From an uncultured Acidobacteriota bacterium (lineage in GTDB: Bacteria; Acidobacteriota; Vicinamibacteria; Vicinamibacterales; UBA2999), in NCBI GenBank assembly GCA_963841905.1, contig CAWJEM010000006.1:14776-78775 (forward strand): 64,000 nt of DNA. The letters are read 5' to 3'. This document shows positions 59,946-64,000 of this stretch, piece after piece. Each line of letters begins with the position of its first letter. Positions within the stretch are counted from its first letter, which is position 1. Position numbers and translations under genes: made by a program. The notes under the pieces are model-generated. The model did no database searches, was not told the DNA's origin, and saw nothing but the letters and a program-made list of their open reading frames with translations.

Positions 59946-61370
59946 CTAGAACAGCACCTTGCGCTGATTGGAGGTCGGAATCTTCAGTTCTTCGCGATAC
60001 TTCGCTATCGTCCGCCGCGCCAGCATCAGCCCTTCGCGCTGCAAGATGTTGACGATCTTCGAATCCGAGAGCGGCTTCTTGGGATCCTCCGCCTCGATGA
60101 TCTTGCGGATGCGCTGTTTGATCGTGACCGACGACACGGCATCTCCGTACGAGCTGCTGATGCCGCTGTGGAAAAAGTACTTCATCTCGAACACACCTTG
60201 AGGCGTGTGCATGTACTTGTTCGTCACGACCCGGCTGACCGTGGACTCGTGCATCCCGATGTCGTTGGCGACATCGCGCAGGACGAGCGGGCGCAGGTGC
60301 TCGATCCCGTGATCGAGAAAGTCGCGCTGGAAATTGATGATGCTGCTGGCGACTTTGTGGATGGTCTTCTGGCGCTGCTCCACCGACTTGATGAGCCACA
60401 GCGCCGATCGGAACTTGTCCTTGACGTACGCCCGCGTTTCGTCGCTGTTCTCCGCGCCCTTGTCCAGCAGCCGGCGGTAGGTTGGGCTGATCCGCAATTG
60501 CGGCAGGCCTTCCTCGTTCAGGACCGCCACATACTGATCCTCGACTTTGACGATGTAGACGTCAGGAATGACGTACTGCGACTGCTTCGGGTTGTAGCGG
60601 CTTCCCGGCTTCGGATCGAGGTGCTTGATGATCTCGATGTGGTGCTTCAGCTCGTCGATGGTCACGCCGAGCTTCTTGGCAAGCTCCGGGATCTGATGGT
60701 TCTGGAGCAGCCGCAGATGCTCGGTAACGATGCGCTCGGTGGGCGTTCCCTCCAGCCCGAGATGCCGAAGCTGCAGCGTGAGGCATTCCTGGAGGTCGCG
60801 CGCGCAGACACCAATGGGATCGAACGCCTGCATCAGTTGCAGTGCGCGTTCAACCTCCTCGATTGGCCACGGGCCCATCGCCGCGAGTTCGTCCACCGAC
60901 GCGACGAGGTAGCCGTCATCGTCCAGGTTGCCGATGATGGCCTCTCCGATCTCCCGCATCAGCTCGTCATCGTCTGTTTTTGACGAAAGCTGCCAGCTGA
61001 GGTGATCCCCCAATGAGCCACTGGTCGAGAGCGTGTTCTCGATCGGCGGCAGCTCCTTGATCTCCTGCGGGGCGCGCGGACGATAGCCGTCATCGAGGTA
61101 CTCGCCGAAGAAGTACTCGTAGTCCTGATCGTCCCACGTGTCGGTTTTCTGTTGGGCGGGCGCTTCGTCTTTTTCCGGCGTCTGCGGTTCGGCCGCCTGG
61201 AGATCCTCGGTCGGAACCTCTTCGAGCAGAGGGTTTTCCACGACCTCCTGGTTCAGCAAGTCCGCGAGTTCCAGAGTCGACATCGGCAGAAGCTTGATGG
61301 CTTGCTGCAGCGATGGCGTCAGGATCAGCTTCTGCGCCAGTCGGGTTTGCAGCTTCTGCTGTATCGCCAT
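59946..61370 (-). CDS. rpoN: RNA polymerase sigma-54 factor
   Basis: TPSLQQAIKLL, IIGNLDDDGYL, HESTVSRV and the RpoN box ARRTIAKYRE. Confidence 0.97.
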   Translation of the reverse strand: MAIQQKLQTRLAQKLILTPSLQQAIKLLPMSTLELADLLNQEVVENPLLEEVPTEDLQAAEPQTPEKDEAPAQQKTDTWDDQDYEYFFGEYLDDGYRPRAPQEIKELPPIENTLSTSGSLGDHLSWQLSSKTDDDELMREIGEAIIGNLDDDGYLVASVDELAAMGPWPIEEVERALQLMQAFDPIGVCARDLQECLTLQLRHLGLEGTPTERIVTEHLRLLQNHQIPELAKKLGVTIDELKHHIEIIKHLDPKPGSRYNPKQSQYVIPDVYIVKVEDQYVAVLNEEGLPQLRISPTYRRLLDKGAENSDETRAYVKDKFRSALWLIKSVEQRQKTIHKVASSIINFQRDFLDHGIEHLRPLVLRDVANDIGMHESTVSRVVTNKYMHTPQGVFEMKYFFHSGISSSYGDAVSSVTIKQRIRKIIEAEDPKKPLSDSKIVNILQREGLMLARRTIAKYREELKIPTSNQRKVLF

Positions 61371-61427
61371 TTCCGTCTACGAATCCCTCGTCAATCGTGG
61401 CAGCGCATGAGCCGTGCCAACTCCATC

Positions 61428-62154
61428 TTAGTCCAGACGGAAGTCGGTCCCCAGATAAATCCGCCGCACATCCTCGTCTGCGGCTAGCTGGTCTGGGGTG
61501 CCATTCCGAAAAATCACGCCGTCATTCACGATGTACGCACGGTCAGTAATGCGCAGGGTTTCACGCACGTTGTGATCGGTGACGAGCACGCCAATGCCAC
61601 GTGCCTTCAAGTGAAAAATGATCTTCTGAATATCGGTGACCGCGATCGGGTCGATGCCTGCGAAGGGCTCGTCCAGCAGGATGAAGCGCGGCGACATCAC
61701 GAGCGCGCGCGTGATTTCGGCGCGCCGCCGCTCACCACCCGAAAGCGTGTACGCAGGCGACGACGCGAGCGAGGAGAGATTGAGCTCGGCCAGCAGATCG
61801 CGCGCGCGCTCGCGCCGCTCGGCGGCGGTGAGATTGAGCGTCTCGAGAATAGCGACAATGTTTTGCTCCACCGTGAGGCCGCGAAAGATCGACGGCTCCT
61901 GCGGTAAGTAGCCAATTCCCTTTCGCGCGCGAACGTACATCGCATCGTCGGTGACATCGTGATCGTCGAGAATGACGCGGCCGCGATCGGGCGACGTCAG
62001 GCCGACCGTCATGTAGAAGGTGGTGGTCTTTCCCGCCCCATTGGGGCCCAGGAGGCCGACGACTTCGCCGGATGAGACGTCGAGGCTCACGCCTCGTACG
62101 ACCGTGCGACCGCCGTACAGACTTGGTGAGATCGTCTGTTCTGAGGGTCGGCAT
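61428..62154 (-). CDS. lptB: LPS export ABC ATPase LptB; apparent 1-bp insertion about 62119
   Basis: [12 protein letters not shown]|[12 protein letters not shown] joins to [37 protein letters not shown] and TDHNVRETL. Confidence 0.93.
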
Positions 62155-64000
62155 CAGGGCTGGGCATCCGGGCACTTCGAGCCGCCCCGAGTCTGCACGC
62201 GCATCTCTTGGTTGCCGTCGACGAGGATGTTATCGGACGCTCTGTAGAAGGTCAAAGTGCGGCCGGTGGATTCCTGGCACCCGCGGATCAGCCGTACCGG
62301 CGCACCGGCCAGCACGTACTTCTCTTCTGTCGGATGGTAGGTCAGGCTTTGCCCGGTCGCGTGCCGGGTTTCAACAACAGCGGTGACCGATCCCTCTCCC
62401 TGCAGTCGCTCGAGCGTGTTGTCTTTGGGTGCCAGCAGGAGTTCGATGCGATCGGCACGCAGGTTGCCCTGCACTCCTTCGAGCTGGGCCTGCTTGGTGA
62501 AAACCGCCATCCGCTTCACATCGTCGAAGCGGAACTCGCCCGCTTGCGCCAGCGACGTGCCTTTCGAGGCTTCATCTCGTCTGCCAGCGATGGGAAGCGT
62601 GGTCACGACCTTGCCGGTCGCAGTGAGGGTGCCAATCCTTTCGTTCATCGCGATGGAATCGGCGCGGATGAGGGTCGCGCTCTGTTCCTGCCACAGTACG
62701 GCGCCACCGGTGTACGACCCGTTACCACTGGTCTCGTCGAACGTGAACGTCTCGGAGTTGACCAGGACCGGCTCCTTGTCGCTCAGGAGTGTCGTCCCGC
62801 GCTCGCCCTCGCGGCGGCCGGCGCTGAATTGCGCCGAGACCTTACCGGCTGCGCTCAGCTGCCGTGGCGACAGCGTCACGTCGATGATGCGGGCATTCAG
62901 GCTCACACGGTCGTCCTCGACATGGGGTGCGGTGGCGGCGGCTGGACTGCGGAGGGCCAATGTGCTTTTGACAATGTGATACGCCGCCGTCGTACTGGTT
63001 GCGACCAGCTTCCCATCCTCGAAACGGAATCCGTCGCTGAAATCCGCCTGATCGATCCCGCCGTCGGCGGCGAGGACCGCTTTGAGCGTTTTGGCACGGG
63101 CGCTCCGGCCACTGCTGCCCTTTGACGCCTCCTCGCGATATTCGACGCCGTTCTCGAACGTCATGCCCGTGAGGCCGCGGCCAGCCTCACCAACGGCATT
63201 GACGAGCGGCGCTTTGACCACGCGAGCGGCGGCATCAGCGGCCGCTGGAATGGTCACCTGCACGTTGTCGCGACCCAACAGCCGAGTGACCGCGCCGTCC
63301 GGCGCGAGGCCCGTATCGATGAACTCGGCCGCGAGGGTTTGCCCGGCCGATCCATCCGGACGTGCGAGCTGAATGCTCGCCTGGCGCATCAGGATCGCGC
63401 TCTCCAGTGCCCGGCCGTCGGGTCCGTAACGGAGGTCGATGTCGGCAGCTTGCATCGCTTGCACCGAGCCGCTTCCACCGGATCCCGTGATGCGCGAATT
63501 GCCGCGCAATTCGAGCGCTTCGGGCTCATCGCGTTCCTTGAGCAGGAAGACGGTGGAGTGCTCGGCCTCAATCACTTGCCGGTCGCGCTCCATGCGCATT
63601 CCGCGTTCGAAGCGCATGTAGCGTTCGGCACGAGAGTAGCCGGCGGTGCCCGACGTGACCTTCATGCCTCCAGCGTCTGAGGTCGGCGCCACTTGAATGA
63701 CGGCCTTGTCGAGCAGCCACAGCCGATCGAGCGTGCGATCGTAAGTGAAACCAACGCCCGATCCAGTCGTGCGGGTGCGCTGAAACTGCACTGGACCAGC
63801 GCCCTTGAGCATGCCGTCAGCCTCGGCAAACGACGCAGCCTGCGTGGTGGCCGTCAACCCATCGGAGGTCTTCAACTGAACGTTGCCGGTCACGTCGTAG
63901 GTGCTGAGGTCCTTACCAACCCACGCTTCATTCCCGGTAATCTCGAACGAGCGTCCGTCACGGTCGTCGACAAACGCTTTGAAGCTGGTGTACTTCGTGC
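62154..64000 (-). CDS. Long LptC/LptA-type (OstA beta-jellyroll repeat) protein; 5' end outside the window
   Basis: Frame is open from the window edge (more than 610 codons). Repeated beta-strand motifs (TGNVQL, RADRIEL, GEGSV, ATGQSLTY..LAGAP); directly upstream of lptB-rpoN. Confidence 0.8.
   Translation of the reverse strand, partial: TKYTSFKAFVDDRDGRSFEITGNEAWVGKDLSTYDVTGNVQLKTSDGLTATTQAASFAEADGMLKGAGPVQFQRTRTTGSGVGFTYDRTLDRLWLLDKAVIQVAPTSDAGGMKVTSGTAGYSRAERYMRFERGMRMERDRQVIEAEHSTVFLLKERDEPEALELRGNSRITGSGGSGSVQAMQAADIDLRYGPDGRALESAILMRQASIQLARPDGSAGQTLAAEFIDTGLAPDGAVTRLLGRDNVQVTIPAAADAAARVVKAPLVNAVGEAGRGLTGMTFENGVEYREEASKGSSGRSARAKTLKAVLAADGGIDQADFSDGFRFEDGKLVATSTTAAYHIVKSTLALRSPAAATAPHVEDDRVSLNARIIDVTLSPRQLSAAGKVSAQFSAGRREGERGTTLLSDKEPVLVNSETFTFDETSGNGSYTGGAVLWQEQSATLIRADSIAMNERIGTLTATGKVVTTLPIAGRRDEASKGTSLAQAGEFRFDDVKRMAVFTKQAQLEGVQGNLRADRIELLLAPKDNTLERLQGEGSVTAVVETRHATGQSLTYHPTEEKYVLAGAPVRLIRGCQESTGRTLTFYRASDNILVDGNQEMRVQTRGGSKCPDAQP

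Noticed and set aside
21457-62154. Frameshifted secretin, Ig/PKD, pilin, tolA-like and lptB genes as pseudogenes or programmed frameshifts
   Set aside because: All are single-base insertions in otherwise intact genes, including the normally essential lptB, with no slippery heptamers. Sequencing error is more parsimonious.

Overview
High-GC bacterial chromosome segment, mostly core genes. The gene content (fused LptF-LptG, very long LptC/LptA-type protein, Tol-Pal, rpoN-hpf-hprK-rapZ-PTS operon, BMC genes) suggests a diderm organism, probably Acidobacteriota; this taxonomic call is inference. In order, the window holds: a partial class IV aminotransferase, nnr, tsaE, guaB, secA, an M23 peptidase, comM and mltD; a two-gene microcompartment locus (BMC-H plus acylating aldehyde dehydrogenase); a hybrid T2SS/type IV filament cluster whose secretin carries TPR-like and cohesin-like domains; a peptidoglycan-sugar salvage cluster with two sodium:solute symporters; xerD, a PHP hydrolase, lptFG and a GH57 enzyme. 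Next come a clear 28-bp dif site (43052-43079) about 300 bp from a divergent parA-parB pair, then miaB, recN, tolQRAB-pal-cpoB, ssb, a permease-less PTS, rpoN and lptB. The most notable observations are: (1) a ParAB pair with an altered DNA-recognition region beside the dif site; (2) many intergenic elements made of a short tandem repeat followed by its reverse complement, with several different repeat units across loci; (3) four of six apparent frameshifts lying immediately 3' of GTAC, suggesting modification-linked sequencing errors. No rRNA, tRNA, CRISPR array or transposase was seen. All calls come from reading the sequence by eye; no database search was run.
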